This document shows positions 9,373-18,280 of a DNA stretch of 64,000 nt, one piece after another (position 1 is the stretch's first letter; each line of letters opens with the position of its first letter). Under the pieces are notes generated by a model. The model did no database searches. It was not told the DNA's origin and saw only the letters and a program-made list of their open reading frames with translations. A program made the position numbers and the translations under genes. Source of the DNA: Dehalococcoidia bacterium (GTDB taxonomy: Bacteria; Chloroflexota; Dehalococcoidia; Lucifugimonadales; UBA3495); the NCBI GenBank assembly GCA_034423115.1, contig DAOUJD010000064.1:9799-73798 (forward strand). The letters are read 5' to 3'.

Positions 9373-9939
9373 ATGGCGCGACTACCCGCAGCAACCCGAG
9401 ACACTGTTCCGGCCGGCCAGGAGGCGACGTTCGACGAGATCACGCAGAACGGTACTGCGGTCCCTCCTTATGGCCCGGGATCGGTTATGGTGCACGTTCC
9501 GGAGGCCAGCAAGCACGCCACCGGCCTCAACCAGTACCTGCGCAACGACGCCAGCCTGCCCATGAAGGCTGCGGAATTGGCGATGCTGGTGGCGGCCCGC
9601 GAGATGGACTGCCAGCACATCTGGAACGCGCACGCCGCGTCCGCTCGGGACGCCGGTGTGCCCGCCGCCGTGGTGGACGCCATTCGCGATAACACCGCGT
9701 TGCCCGAACTGGCGGCTGACGAATCGGCCGTGATCCATCTCGGCCGCGAGATACTGCGGAACCACCAGGTCAGCCGAGGCAGTTATCAGAGCGCGTTGGA
9801 GGTTTTCGGCCAGCAAGGCACCATCGAGTTGACCCTGGTGTTGGGCAACTACACCATGCTCGGCATGCTCATCAACACCTTTGAGACCGACTTGCTGCCT
9901 AACCGGTCCGAACCACTGCTGCAACGAATTCCCGGCTAG
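9373..9939 (+). CDS. carboxymuconolactone decarboxylase (AhpD-like) family protein
   Basis: 188 aa helical protein. Clear paralog of 18281..18841, sharing the MxRxPAAxRDxVP N-terminus and AELAML..ARE.DCQ.IW.AHA. Confidence 0.7.
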   Translation: MARLPAATRDTVPAGQEATFDEITQNGTAVPPYGPGSVMVHVPEASKHATGLNQYLRNDASLPMKAAELAMLVAAREMDCQHIWNAHAASARDAGVPAAVVDAIRDNTALPELAADESAVIHLGREILRNHQVSRGSYQSALEVFGQQGTIELTLVLGNYTMLGMLINTFETDLLPNRSEPLLQRIPG

Positions 9940-9981
9940 GAGGATTCACCAAGTGCAAGGGGGGCGAATTGCGGTTCGCCC

Positions 9982-11004
9982 CTAGTTCGTTTTGCGGTAG
10001 ATCTGAACCCGGTGGCGGCACGAGTCCACCACATAGATGCGACCTTCGGCATCCACCGACACGGAGGACGGGCCCCAGAACCGCGCCTCGATTCTGGCCG
10101 AGGTTTCGCGGTGGTGGTCTCGCCATGGGCTTACCGCCGGAGCGAGGTTCGCTTCGGTTCTCGCCCGTTGCTCGTCCGGGTTGGCTGCCAGGTAGTCGGC
10201 CGCCCACGATGATGTGGTTGCGTCACCCACCAGAATCGCGGCCACCTCGCCGTCCGGTGCAAAGACCTGCACTCTCTCATTGCCCCAATCGGCAACATAG
10301 ACATAGCCTTCGTCATCAATAGCGACGGAGGCCGGCCGGTTGAGTTGGCCTCTGCTGTCTCCAGACGTTCCCCATTGCCCGATGAAACGCCCGGCGGGTG
10401 TGAACGCCTGCACGCGGTCGTTGCGCCAGTCCGCCACGAACACGTTCCCGTCCGAATCGCAGGCCACACCCCAGGGAGTGTTGAATTGCCCTGCCTGCGC
10501 CCCGTATGCCCCCCAACCGTGCAGGTATTCGCCCTCGGTGGTGTAGCGCTGGATCCGATGGTTGAGACCGTCGGAGATCAGCAATGTGCCGTCCGGCGCT
10601 ACCGTTACGGCGGCTGGGCGATTGAATTGGCCCGGCTCCTCGCCGACCTCGCCCCAGTGCCGCACGTAGTTGCCGTCGGGGTCAAAGATGTTCACCCGCT
10701 GTAACGCCTCGTCAGTAACGAAAATACGGCCGTCGGATGCACGCGCGATATCACTGGGCCACCAGAACTGCCCGTCTTCAGTGCCGCCCGTGCCCCATTC
10801 CCCGATGTACCCCTCATCGACCGTGCAGATGCACACGCGCTTGTGCTCCAACCGGCCCACCGACTCGGGGCCACCCCGGTTCAGCACATACATGACGCCG
10901 CCATTCCCCAGGGTCAGCGCGATGGGATGGATGAAACCCCGACCTCGATAGGCCAGGAAACCAACGGTGTGGCTGTAGGCGAAATTCGCCGTCGCTGTGG
11001 TCAT
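9982..11004 (-). CDS. NHL-repeat six-bladed beta-propeller protein
   Basis: Repeated P.GVA.D..G.V.VAD..N.RVQ.F units (for example PWGVACDSDGNVFVADWRNDRVQAF). No signal peptide. The ATG overlaps the upstream stop (ATGA at 11001-11004). Confidence 0.8.
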   Translation of the reverse strand: MTTATANFAYSHTVGFLAYRGRGFIHPIALTLGNGGVMYVLNRGGPESVGRLEHKRVCICTVDEGYIGEWGTGGTEDGQFWWPSDIARASDGRIFVTDEALQRVNIFDPDGNYVRHWGEVGEEPGQFNRPAAVTVAPDGTLLISDGLNHRIQRYTTEGEYLHGWGAYGAQAGQFNTPWGVACDSDGNVFVADWRNDRVQAFTPAGRFIGQWGTSGDSRGQLNRPASVAIDDEGYVYVADWGNERVQVFAPDGEVAAILVGDATTSSWAADYLAANPDEQRARTEANLAPAVSPWRDHHRETSARIEARFWGPSSVSVDAEGRIYVVDSCRHRVQIYRKTN

Positions 11005-12452
11005 GCCAGTTGGTATTCGCGGGTCGCGACAATCAGTTGGATCATCTCGGCGACGCGCTCTTCGGCGCAGGCGGTCGTGTCGTCTCGATCAAACTCAACG
11101 TCTCCCCAAGGAGCCGCCATCGCAACCAAGCTATCGAACGTTCCTTCGGAAACCTCGAACATGCCCATGGCGTTGAGGCAGGAACCGGCGAGTTCGTGAG
11201 GGGACTGCACATCTCCCGCTGATTTCACACGGTCTATGATCGTCCGCACTCCAGGGCGAGTCGTGTCGCGCATTTCCGCGCCCGCGGCGTTGATGCGCTC
11301 AACCAAGTTACCCGTATCGATCCATTCCATGCCGGTGTGCCAACCCTCCACCGTGGGCGGGTTCAGGATTTCCTGGCCCATGAAGTTCACGTCCATCGCC
11401 AGGTTGCAGATCGTCCATTCCGGCGTTCGGTGGCTCCCGGCGAGCCGTGCGGTGCCGCCCACCAACTCGGCTGGACTCTTTACACGTGCCAGCCGCGCCG
11501 ACTCGTCAGCGAAGAAGGCGGACATGAACAGGCAACGCATCACCGCACGTATATCACCCTCCGTGCGCGTGAACTCGTCGGCCAGGATTCCTATCGCGTC
11601 CTCGTCGGGTCGGTCGGACACGAAGAAGTTGTACAGCTTGCTTGCGATGTAATGCGCGGTCGCAGGCTGCCGGATGATGATGTCGATGATCTCTTGCCCG
11701 TTGAATTGACCAGTATGACCGAGGAAGGTTTTATCGGTGTCATCATGGTCGTCGTCGCGGTACCGGAACTGCCAGTCAATGCGGCCGTAGGGCCAGAACG
11801 AATCTCTACTTGCGCGGATGCTCATGTATTCGGTGTTTTCGATGGTCCAGCCGGTGAACGACCGCGCCGCCGCCTTGACGTCGTCCTCGGTGTAGGTGCC
11901 GATCCCCATCGAAAACAGTTCCAGCAACTCGCGGCCGTAGTTCTCGTTGGGGGCGTCCTTGTGGTTGTCCTTGTTGTCCAGCCAGAAGATCATGGCGGGG
12001 TCCCGGGACAAATCCAGCAGAATGTCGGCAAACTTGCCCAACCCGTTCCTGCGGAAGGTATGGGTCTGGTTGACCACCGCTTTAGCGTGATTGAGCTTGC
12101 CGTAAGCGGTGGCGAACAGCCCATGCCAGAATAGGGCCATCTTTTCTTCCAGGGGCCGACGGGAGTTGATGATGCGATACAGCCAGTACCCCTGGCTGCT
12201 TTCCAACAGCATCAGGCTGTTCTGATCGGTGTGGTAGCGCCGGATCAGGTCTTCGATTTCCAGATCCGGCTGGAGTTCGGGATGCAAAAGCTCCTCGACG
12301 GTGGCTTCGTAGCCTTGGGCCACGGCCCGATCGATCTCAGCGCGAGTGCCTCCGAATCCAGCCCGCCGCAGCAGGTGAGCAATCCGGTTGGATTCCTCAT
12401 CCCCCAGCGTGATTCTTTTGGAGTGAAAGGGGGCGCTATTCATCAAAGTCAT
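11001..12452 (-). CDS. DUF1800-family protein
   Basis: N-terminal HLLRRAGFGGTRAEIDRA and overall length match my recollection of DUF1800. Start moved to Met14 (AAGGA 8 nt upstream). Confidence 0.6.
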   Translation of the reverse strand: MTLMNSAPFHSKRITLGDEESNRIAHLLRRAGFGGTRAEIDRAVAQGYEATVEELLHPELQPDLEIEDLIRRYHTDQNSLMLLESSQGYWLYRIINSRRPLEEKMALFWHGLFATAYGKLNHAKAVVNQTHTFRRNGLGKFADILLDLSRDPAMIFWLDNKDNHKDAPNENYGRELLELFSMGIGTYTEDDVKAAARSFTGWTIENTEYMSIRASRDSFWPYGRIDWQFRYRDDDHDDTDKTFLGHTGQFNGQEIIDIIIRQPATAHYIASKLYNFFVSDRPDEDAIGILADEFTRTEGDIRAVMRCLFMSAFFADESARLARVKSPAELVGGTARLAGSHRTPEWTICNLAMDVNFMGQEILNPPTVEGWHTGMEWIDTGNLVERINAAGAEMRDTTRPGVRTIIDRVKSAGDVQSPHELAGSCLNAMGMFEVSEGTFDSLVAMAAPWGDVEFDRDDTTACAEERVAEMIQLIVATREYQLA

Positions 12453-12465
12453 GTTGATATCCTTG

Positions 12466-12798
12466 CTACATACCCGGGGATGCGGCGCCAATGAAACGTC
12501 CCAGGAAAGTCTCCCACGAAAACACTAGCAAACCTGAGCCAGTCAAACCGAGCGCGATGCCGGCGTTGCGATAGCGGTAGGCTATTTCCAACGCAGTTCC
12601 TGAAATCGCACCGGTTTCGTGTTGTTTCAATCGCGCCATGCCTTTAGCAGATAGCCAGATGCCGGATACGATCATGGCCAGCGCCACCAATCCTGCCAGC
12701 ACGTCGGCATACCCGGTGATGGCCAGCCAGATGACCAAGGCGACCAGTGGATAAGGAGCGATTGCGAATAATGCCCATAACAGTAGGTTATCGCGCAT
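12466..12798 (-). CDS. small integral membrane protein, unknown function
   Basis: Three predicted TM helices. Start uncertain (ATG 12798 or GTG 12819). Overlaps the upstream small ORF by a few nt. Confidence 0.4.
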   Translation of the reverse strand: MRDNLLLWALFAIAPYPLVALVIWLAITGYADVLAGLVALAMIVSGIWLSAKGMARLKQHETGAISGTALEIAYRYRNAGIALGLTGSGLLVFSWETFLGRFIGAASPGM

Positions 12799-12991
12799 TG
12801 CTCGCCACCATATACGCACCCAGCATAGACAGCAGCGCTCCGGCCACTCCGAAAGTCAGCCCGAAGGCCAAGCGGCTTACTATAACCCGAGATTCCACCC
12901 ATTCAGGCCAGACCGCTCCGGCGACAGATGCCGTAAGAATAAGCAGCACGCCAGAGAAAATGAAAGACCTGCCCCATTCCGTCGCCGTCAT
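12788..12991 (-). CDS. small integral membrane protein, unknown function
   Basis: 67 aa with two hydrophobic helices. Co-directional and tightly packed between the rSAM-like gene and the next membrane ORF. Confidence 0.4.
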   Translation of the reverse strand: MTATEWGRSFIFSGVLLILTASVAGAVWPEWVESRVIVSRLAFGLTFGVAGALLSMLGAYMVASNAR

Positions 12992-13042
12992 TCTTCGGAT
13001 CCCGACCTTTCGCGTCAGCCTCCGGCCTGTATTGCGACTCGC

Positions 13043-14344
13043 CTACATCAAGTTCCAACGCGGGTTGGCGTCGACCAGGTCGCGCAGGTAATCGACCAGC
13101 CACGGGCGCACTTCCTCGGCCATGTAGAACGTCGGCGAGATCAGCTCGGATTCATCCGCGATAATACCCTCGTCGATACAGCGGGCCGCCACATCGGTTC
13201 CGGGCATGACGCTCACGCCTACGCGCAAGTTCGCGAGTGAAGGCTTGAGGCCCCGCAGGAACTCGAGCTTGTTTTCGACCGACTCGCGGGTTTCCCCGGG
13301 TTCGCCGAACTGCTGCGAGATCGTGTAGTGCAGCCCGCCCGCCTCGCACATCTCCGTGGTTTCCTTCAGGGATGCGTAGCGCGACGTGTCATTGTCTCCT
13401 TCGTGGGGGTCGCCGCCGCGCGTGCCGCCCATCATGACCAGGCCACAACCGGCTTGTTTCATCAGCCCGATAAGTTCAGTATCGCAAGCGTATGGGGCCA
13501 GGCAGGTGTTCCACCGCACTTTGACCTCAGCTTCCATCAGCGCGTGGCAAAGGTCCTTGGCGTGCTCCAGGGGCACATTGAAACAGTTGTCCACGAAGAA
13601 AATCTTCTTCAACCCGTAACGTTCGGTCACCTCAGAGACTTCCTGAACTACCTCGTCGATGGGCCGGATCACCCGCCAGGCGCCTTCGGGCGTGCGGATG
13701 TCGTCCGCAGAGGTCGGGTAGTAGAAACCTCCCAACTTGGTCAGCACGCTCACCCCAAAACCGGCCTTGGCGTACTTGGGCATGTCCAGATCGTCCAGAC
13801 TGGGCCGTTCTATGAAGTCTGACGAACAGCGCATCCCGTTGTACACCAACTCTCCGTTTTCCCGGTAGAGCAGGCCTGTCATTCCCCGGTAGTCAGGCTC
13901 TCCGATCTCTATGCGGCCAGCGAGATCAGCGAAGCTTTCGCCAGCGTCACCAGCCAGCCCGAAATCGGGCTGTACGTATTCGAAGACCTGCGTCGGCATG
14001 ATGCTGAACGCCGGGCCCCCGCACACTATGGTCGCATCGGAAATCGAGCGGATCCGTTCGATCACGCTCCTGGTAATGGGCAACTGCCACTGGGGGTCGA
14101 CGTAACTGTGATTGCTCAGGTTGCGTATCGAGATTCCAACCAACTCCGGGTTGTATTCGCGAACCGTGCGCTCTATCTCGTCCAAGTAGTCCTCGCTGGC
14201 AAACATCAGGTCAACCAGTTTGACCTCATGCCGAGAACGGTCCAAGTGGCCAGCAACGTAAGCCAGGCCGATGGGGATCGGTTGTGCGCGCATTCGACTC
14301 ATTACGCGGTTGTGACGGTTGGTGGCGATCAGCAGAATACGCAT
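13043..14344 (-). CDS. B12-binding-domain / radical-SAM-fold protein lacking the CxxxCxxC cluster motif
   Basis: N-terminal MRILLIATN..PIGLAYVAGHL..VGIS B12-binding-like domain. The downstream TIM-barrel region aligns to B12-rSAM enzymes (KKIFFVDNCF, LMKQAGC, FGEPGET), but the cluster site reads VLTKLGGFYYPTSADD with no cysteine. Confidence 0.75.
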   Translation of the reverse strand: MRILLIATNRHNRVMSRMRAQPIPIGLAYVAGHLDRSRHEVKLVDLMFASEDYLDEIERTVREYNPELVGISIRNLSNHSYVDPQWQLPITRSVIERIRSISDATIVCGGPAFSIMPTQVFEYVQPDFGLAGDAGESFADLAGRIEIGEPDYRGMTGLLYRENGELVYNGMRCSSDFIERPSLDDLDMPKYAKAGFGVSVLTKLGGFYYPTSADDIRTPEGAWRVIRPIDEVVQEVSEVTERYGLKKIFFVDNCFNVPLEHAKDLCHALMEAEVKVRWNTCLAPYACDTELIGLMKQAGCGLVMMGGTRGGDPHEGDNDTSRYASLKETTEMCEAGGLHYTISQQFGEPGETRESVENKLEFLRGLKPSLANLRVGVSVMPGTDVAARCIDEGIIADESELISPTFYMAEEVRPWLVDYLRDLVDANPRWNLM

Positions 14345-14419
14345 GCGGAATTTCCCCCTCAGAGCGGCGGGCGAGACTACCTAATTCGCCCCGATTGTAC
14401 ACCAAGGTAAACCGATAGA

Positions 14420-15613
14420 CTACGCGTCGCCCTCGTTATCTTGGTCAACCTGTGAGTCGACATGTATCAGTTCGGTTGCTGAAACAGTTTCGAGTTCCAA
14501 TGCTGCGGCTGCGGACCATTGTTGACGGGTGTAATCGAGCACTCTGTAACCGGCGGCAGTGAGAGGTGCGGCCACCAAGGTTCCAAGAAATCCCAAAAAC
14601 AAGCCGAACAGAGCCAGAACCAGTATGACCGTCAACGGGTGCAACCCCAAGGCTTGACCCTGTAACCGCGGAGAAATCAGCGTATTTTGCAATGCCTGAA
14701 TCACCAGGTACACGGCGAGCACCACGGGCAGTTTCGTAAAGTCGACCAACGCCATGATCAGGGCGGCGAAGATGAAGTAAATGGTCGGCCCCACGACGGG
14801 CACCAGCTCGGCCAAGCCGGCCAATGCGCCCAGCGGTCCGGACAAGGGAACACCCAGTGCCCACAGGGAAAGCCACATCACTATTCCCACTATTACGCCC
14901 AGCAAAAATTGCAGCCTCAGATACGCGCCTATAGATTGACCCACCAACCGGCCGATTTCCATCAGGTCATCCCGCAGTGGAGCAGGCAGCAATTGCTCTA
15001 CGTCGCGTCCTACCCTGGCGGGCTCATACAGCAGATAGAAAAGGATTATCGGCGCGCCGGCCAGGGCAATCACCTGCGATATGCCACTCTGAGCAACCTG
15101 CGACACCCGTTGCAGGGTAGCGAATCCGGCTTGGATGAGCGCCCCGCGCAGTTCCCCGAGTCGTGGGTCGATGATTTCCTGTATGTTGGCGGGCACCCTT
15201 TGTTCGTACTCTTGCTGCAATCCTTGCCATACCATCGTGGCTTCCGCCATCAGACCGGGGGCGCGTTCCGCCAACGTCGTTGAACCTTCAACCAAACGGA
15301 ATATACCCACCGCCAGCAGGCCTAACACGGCGACGATGACCAGCATGGTTACCACACCGGCGGCGACGCCCCTGATGGCCCGCGGCCAGCGCTGGCCCCA
15401 AGGGGTGCGCATCAACAGTGCAACCAGGGGATGCAGCAGGTATGCCAGCACTCCGCTGACCAGGAACGGCAGCAGGACGCCCAACAGTTGCCAGATCGCC
15501 ACCAACGCCGCAAGAGACAGGGCCAGTGCCGCCACCAATCGTAAGCGGCGGAGTGTCGGCGTGCTCAAGTTCGGCATAGCCTGCATAGATGTCCAATGGA
15601 GCCGCCGGCGCAT
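14420..15613 (-). CDS. AI-2E (PerM/UPF0118) family transporter
   Basis: About 8 TM helices and the conserved C-terminal block LAELVPVVGP..ISPRL.G..LGLHPL. Confidence 0.8.
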   Translation of the reverse strand: MRRRLHWTSMQAMPNLSTPTLRRLRLVAALALSLAALVAIWQLLGVLLPFLVSGVLAYLLHPLVALLMRTPWGQRWPRAIRGVAAGVVTMLVIVAVLGLLAVGIFRLVEGSTTLAERAPGLMAEATMVWQGLQQEYEQRVPANIQEIIDPRLGELRGALIQAGFATLQRVSQVAQSGISQVIALAGAPIILFYLLYEPARVGRDVEQLLPAPLRDDLMEIGRLVGQSIGAYLRLQFLLGVIVGIVMWLSLWALGVPLSGPLGALAGLAELVPVVGPTIYFIFAALIMALVDFTKLPVVLAVYLVIQALQNTLISPRLQGQALGLHPLTVILVLALFGLFLGFLGTLVAAPLTAAGYRVLDYTRQQWSAAAALELETVSATELIHVDSQVDQDNEGDA

Positions 15614-15673
15614 CTGCCTCGTACTATTCTTAACAAGGCGTGGGCCTTATGCTAACCTGCCAGCGTGGAGAGT

Positions 15674-16240
15674 ATGATACTTTACAATCGCAAATTGGGA
15701 GTAACCAATCTCAGCAAGTATTGGAGGGTAATGGCGCTTCCGGTGCTTTTGGCGGTCGGGATCGCAGCCTGCTCCCCTGCTGCGGCTGAGCCCGCCGCTG
15801 ATTCCGTTTATGATTTCCCAATAGTTTTCTACCAGGGTCAGGATGCCGTGGGCGGTGAGAATCTGGAATTGTCAGATCTGCGTGGACAACCCATAGTGCT
15901 GAACTTCTGGGCCGGTTTGTGTCCTCCCTGCCGAGCGGAAATGCCGGAGTTTCAACATTTCGCGGATGATTATGCGGGAAGAGCGCTGGTCGTCGGCGTG
16001 GATCTAGGACAGTTTTTCAGCCTGGGTAGCCAGGAAGATGCGATGAAATTGCTGAACGAATTGGAGGTCAAGTACCCCGCTGGATACACGGCCGATGCCA
16101 ACATCGTTCGCGAGTTGGGAGTGCTTGGGCTGCCCGCGACATTTTTCGTCAACGCGGACGGTAGCCTGCACCGCAAGTGGCAGGGAGTCCTGAATACCGA
16201 AAAACTGACTGAGATTACCGACGAAATGCTGGCCCAATAG
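15674..16240 (+). CDS. TlpA/ResA-like thiol-disulfide oxidoreductase lipoprotein
   Basis: Lipobox VGIAAC and thioredoxin-fold motif NFWAGLCPPCRAEMPEF. Start is ambiguous (15665, 15674 or 15731). Confidence 0.8.
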   Translation: MILYNRKLGVTNLSKYWRVMALPVLLAVGIAACSPAAAEPAADSVYDFPIVFYQGQDAVGGENLELSDLRGQPIVLNFWAGLCPPCRAEMPEFQHFADDYAGRALVVGVDLGQFFSLGSQEDAMKLLNELEVKYPAGYTADANIVRELGVLGLPATFFVNADGSLHRKWQGVLNTEKLTEITDEMLAQ

Positions 16241-16261
16241 ACCAGATCAAAGGGAATATAC

Positions 16262-17215
16262 ATGGCTGACGAATCGATCACCTTCGGATGCAACCTCAGC
16301 GTCGATGATTACTGGAATATCGGCGAATTCGCACGCAGGGCTGAGGATCTAGGATACGACCGCATCACCGTCGGTGAGCACATCATGGACGGCAACCCGC
16401 CACGTCCCACGATGATGGGCATTCCGGCCATGGCTGCGGCTGCGGGAGCCACCAGCAGGATTCGCGTCCTCACCGGTATCGTTATCGCTCCGCTGTACCA
16501 TCCGGTGATGCTGGCGAAGATGGTGTCCATCCTGGACCAGATTTCCGACGGCCGATTGGACTTCGGTATTGGCATCAGCGGACAGCGGGACACCAGGGCG
16601 GAGTTCGATGCGTTGGAAATCCCCGTCAACACCCGCGGCCGCCGCACCGATGAGATGCTGCGGGTAATGAAGGATCTATGGACGGCGGAGAACGTATCGC
16701 ACCACGGCAGGTTCTTCAATTTCGACGACGTGACTCTGCTTCCGAAGCCGGTCCAGGAACCCTATCCTCCCATCTGGGTGGCCGGGCGCAGCGAAGCCGC
16801 GATCCGCCGGGCAGCGGTCGCGGGCGACGGTTGGTATCCCTACCTCTTCACGGTAAACCGCATCCGCAGAACCAACGCCAGCGTCCGCGAAATGGCAGAG
16901 CATTCGGGGAGGGATTTGACGCGGTTCCACTGGGGGTTGAACCAACCGACGGCCATTGACGATGACCCTGACAGGGCGCTGCAAACTGCCATCGCCCATG
17001 TGGGTCAGCGCTACGTAACGCCCGACCGGAGCGCCGAGGACATCGCCCGCGCCCTATGCGTCACGGGCAACGCAGAGGACTGCATCGGCGCCATCCAGGA
17101 ACGGGTTGATGCGGGTGTCCGGGATTTCATCTTCGGATTCCTTGCCGGCGAACCGGAGGACTACTTCGCCCAGATGGAGTTGTTCTCCAATCGCGTCCTG
17201 TCCCATTTCAGGTGA
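16262..17215 (+). CDS. LLM-class F420-dependent oxidoreductase
   Basis: GYDRITVGEH, ISDGRLDFGIGISG and PPIWVAGRSEAAIRRAA are typical LLM motifs. Confidence 0.85.
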   Translation: MADESITFGCNLSVDDYWNIGEFARRAEDLGYDRITVGEHIMDGNPPRPTMMGIPAMAAAAGATSRIRVLTGIVIAPLYHPVMLAKMVSILDQISDGRLDFGIGISGQRDTRAEFDALEIPVNTRGRRTDEMLRVMKDLWTAENVSHHGRFFNFDDVTLLPKPVQEPYPPIWVAGRSEAAIRRAAVAGDGWYPYLFTVNRIRRTNASVREMAEHSGRDLTRFHWGLNQPTAIDDDPDRALQTAIAHVGQRYVTPDRSAEDIARALCVTGNAEDCIGAIQERVDAGVRDFIFGFLAGEPEDYFAQMELFSNRVLSHFR

Positions 17216-17219
17216 TTGC

Positions 17220-18230
17220 ATGAAATTTGGCATCTACAGTTCCATCGCCGATCCGCCGGCTGGCGAGAACCTGGCTTTGCGAGTTGAGGAGGTAGTCGAG
17301 GAGGCGAAACTTGCGGAGTCAGTCGGATTCGATTCGTGCTTCTTCGGCGAGCACCACCAGGATCGCGACGGTTTTCTGCCCTCGCCACTGATTGTGTCCG
17401 CGGCCGTAGCCGCCCAAACGACGACATTGAACCTCGGAACCTCCGTCATCTTGCTGCCCCTGCATCACCCCGTGCACCTGGCCGAGGACGTGATCACGCT
17501 GGACATCGTTTCCCGAGGCCGCTTTATCCTCGGCGTAGGGTTGGGATACCAGCCGGTTGATTTCCGCACCTTCGACATTCCTATCGAACAGCGCGTCAGC
17601 CTTTTCGAGGAGGAGATCGAAATCATCCGCCAGTGCTGGAGCGGAGAGCGTTTCGACTTCTCCGGCGAACACTTCAACCTTGAGGACATCACCATCCGCC
17701 CCAAGCCTTATTCCGACCCAGCGCCCCCGCTGTGGATCGGAGCCAGCCGAGTCCCAGGCGCGCGGCGTGCCGGTCGGATCGCCGACGGTTTCGTCGCCGG
17801 CCCTAGCACCGACCTGGAAAGCACCGTGGCGCTGACCGACGCCTACCAACGGGCTGCGGAGACCGCTGGTCGGGAACCCGTAGTTTGCCTGATGCGGGAC
17901 GCTTGGGTCGCGCCCACTCGCGAGGAAGCGGAGCGGGTGTATGGTCCTGAGGTCATGGATGCGTACAAGTATTACTGGCGCAATGGTCTGAACGAATTCC
18001 GACGCTACACGCAGGAGTCCGATATCAATATCCAGAACCTCGGCCCGGACCGACTGATCGTTGGCGAACCCCAACAGGTGGTCGATGAGTTCCATCGGTG
18101 GAAAGAAGCCACCGGCGCCGACTATTTCCTCTTGCGCTTACGCCACGCCCACTCAGGCGGCCCTCCTCACGAACGTATCATGGACGCCATCCAGTTGTTC
18201 GGAGAGGAAGTCATTCCACATTGCCAGTAA
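17220..18230 (+). CDS. LLM-class flavin-dependent oxidoreductase
   Basis: Track ORF trimmed to Met39 (MKFGIYSS), 4 nt after the previous stop. Motifs GFDSCFFGEHH, SRGRFILGVGLGY, PPLWIGASR. Confidence 0.85.
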   Translation: MKFGIYSSIADPPAGENLALRVEEVVEEAKLAESVGFDSCFFGEHHQDRDGFLPSPLIVSAAVAAQTTTLNLGTSVILLPLHHPVHLAEDVITLDIVSRGRFILGVGLGYQPVDFRTFDIPIEQRVSLFEEEIEIIRQCWSGERFDFSGEHFNLEDITIRPKPYSDPAPPLWIGASRVPGARRAGRIADGFVAGPSTDLESTVALTDAYQRAAETAGREPVVCLMRDAWVAPTREEAERVYGPEVMDAYKYYWRNGLNEFRRYTQESDINIQNLGPDRLIVGEPQQVVDEFHRWKEATGADYFLLRLRHAHSGGPPHERIMDAIQLFGEEVIPHCQ

Positions 18231-18280
18231 CCAACTTGGCAGGTTGGTGAGTGTCCCTATGCAACCAAGGAGAATATTCA

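Noticed and set aside
12466-12991. The two small membrane ORFs read as one frameshifted gene.
   Set aside because: Each frame has its own plausible start and complete TM helices. The 11-32-nt overlap is compatible with coupling. This cannot be decided without homologs, so they are kept as two low-confidence CDSs.
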